This document shows, piece by piece, positions 63,627-64,000 of a stretch of 64,000 nt of DNA (positions within the stretch are counted from its first letter, which is position 1; each line of letters starts with the position of its first letter). The notes under the pieces are model-generated. The model did not search any database. It saw only the letters and a list, made by a program, of their open reading frames with translations, and was not told the origin of the DNA. The stretch spans positions 248,001 through 312,000 of the forward strand of contig NIVC01000803.1 in the NCBI GenBank assembly GCA_002269645.1, in the 5' to 3' direction. Position numbers and translations under genes: made by a program. Source of the DNA: Macrostomum lignano. Taxonomy: Eukaryota.

Positions 63627-64000
63627 AGCTGCCGGTAAGTTCCTATTACTAATTTGTGCTCTAATCGCCTTTACTTATCCGGGGTTTGCCTATTTCCCAT
63701 TGCTTGATTAGAGAGCTGAGCCAATTGTGATACCGTATCTTTTGCTGTACTTTTACTCAATAGTGAAGCCGCCTAATTGCCTGATTATTTGCCTAAGGGC
63801 CTAATTATTAACTATTAACTAACCTCATCATTATTCACTCTTTCACCATCATTTCACTCATGGCTTGCTAAGCCTTTCTCCCGGGGTGGCAAAGCATAAG
63901 GAAGTTTGGGTAAGCTAATGGCCTCTCCCCGTGCAAAGCCCGCCTGTGAGTGCGTGCTGCGGGGCCGTGTGTGCGTGCAGTAGAGGGTATTAGCGAGTCT
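62345..64000 (+). mobile_element. Possible LTR or 5' end of an LTR retrotransposon, truncated by the window edge
   Basis: Abrupt TGTAAC start, pyrimidine-rich body, GCCAATCAG near 63216, TATATAAG near 63270 and a donor-like CCG|GTAAGT near 63635; no second LTR, PBS or gag/pol visible. Confidence 0.35.

Overview
Eukaryotic (metazoan) genomic DNA, with no prokaryotic operons, CRISPR arrays, rRNA or true tRNA genes. GC-rich exons with poly-Q/poly-A runs, AT-rich introns and very dense minisatellites suggest a flatworm such as Macrostomum (inference only). Five gene models were reconstructed by hand with phase-consistent GT-AG junctions. (1) A divergent semaphorin-like gene on the minus strand (exons 10651-10756, 9552-10246, 7179-7323; 3' part not found). 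(2) A ZC3H10 orthologue on the minus strand (16816-17921) with a 1-nt frameshift. (3) A 6-exon, ~1069-aa protein on the plus strand with a harmonin-homology domain and a C-terminal PDZ (31094-40076). (4) A 2-exon, 134-aa orphan on the minus strand (44224-44724). (5) ABCF2 on the minus strand (57688-61906, 3 exons), whose first intron is built from ten 82-bp tandem copies of its own 5' splice site. The rest holds two tRNA-derived SINE families, several MITE/foldback elements, an 882-bp mariner derivative made of two 3' ends, a decayed Tc1-like fragment, a possible LTR at the right edge and about 17 tandem arrays. Most long ORFs in the supplied track are repeat artefacts. Domain and family assignments come from remembered motifs, not database searches, and array boundaries are approximate.
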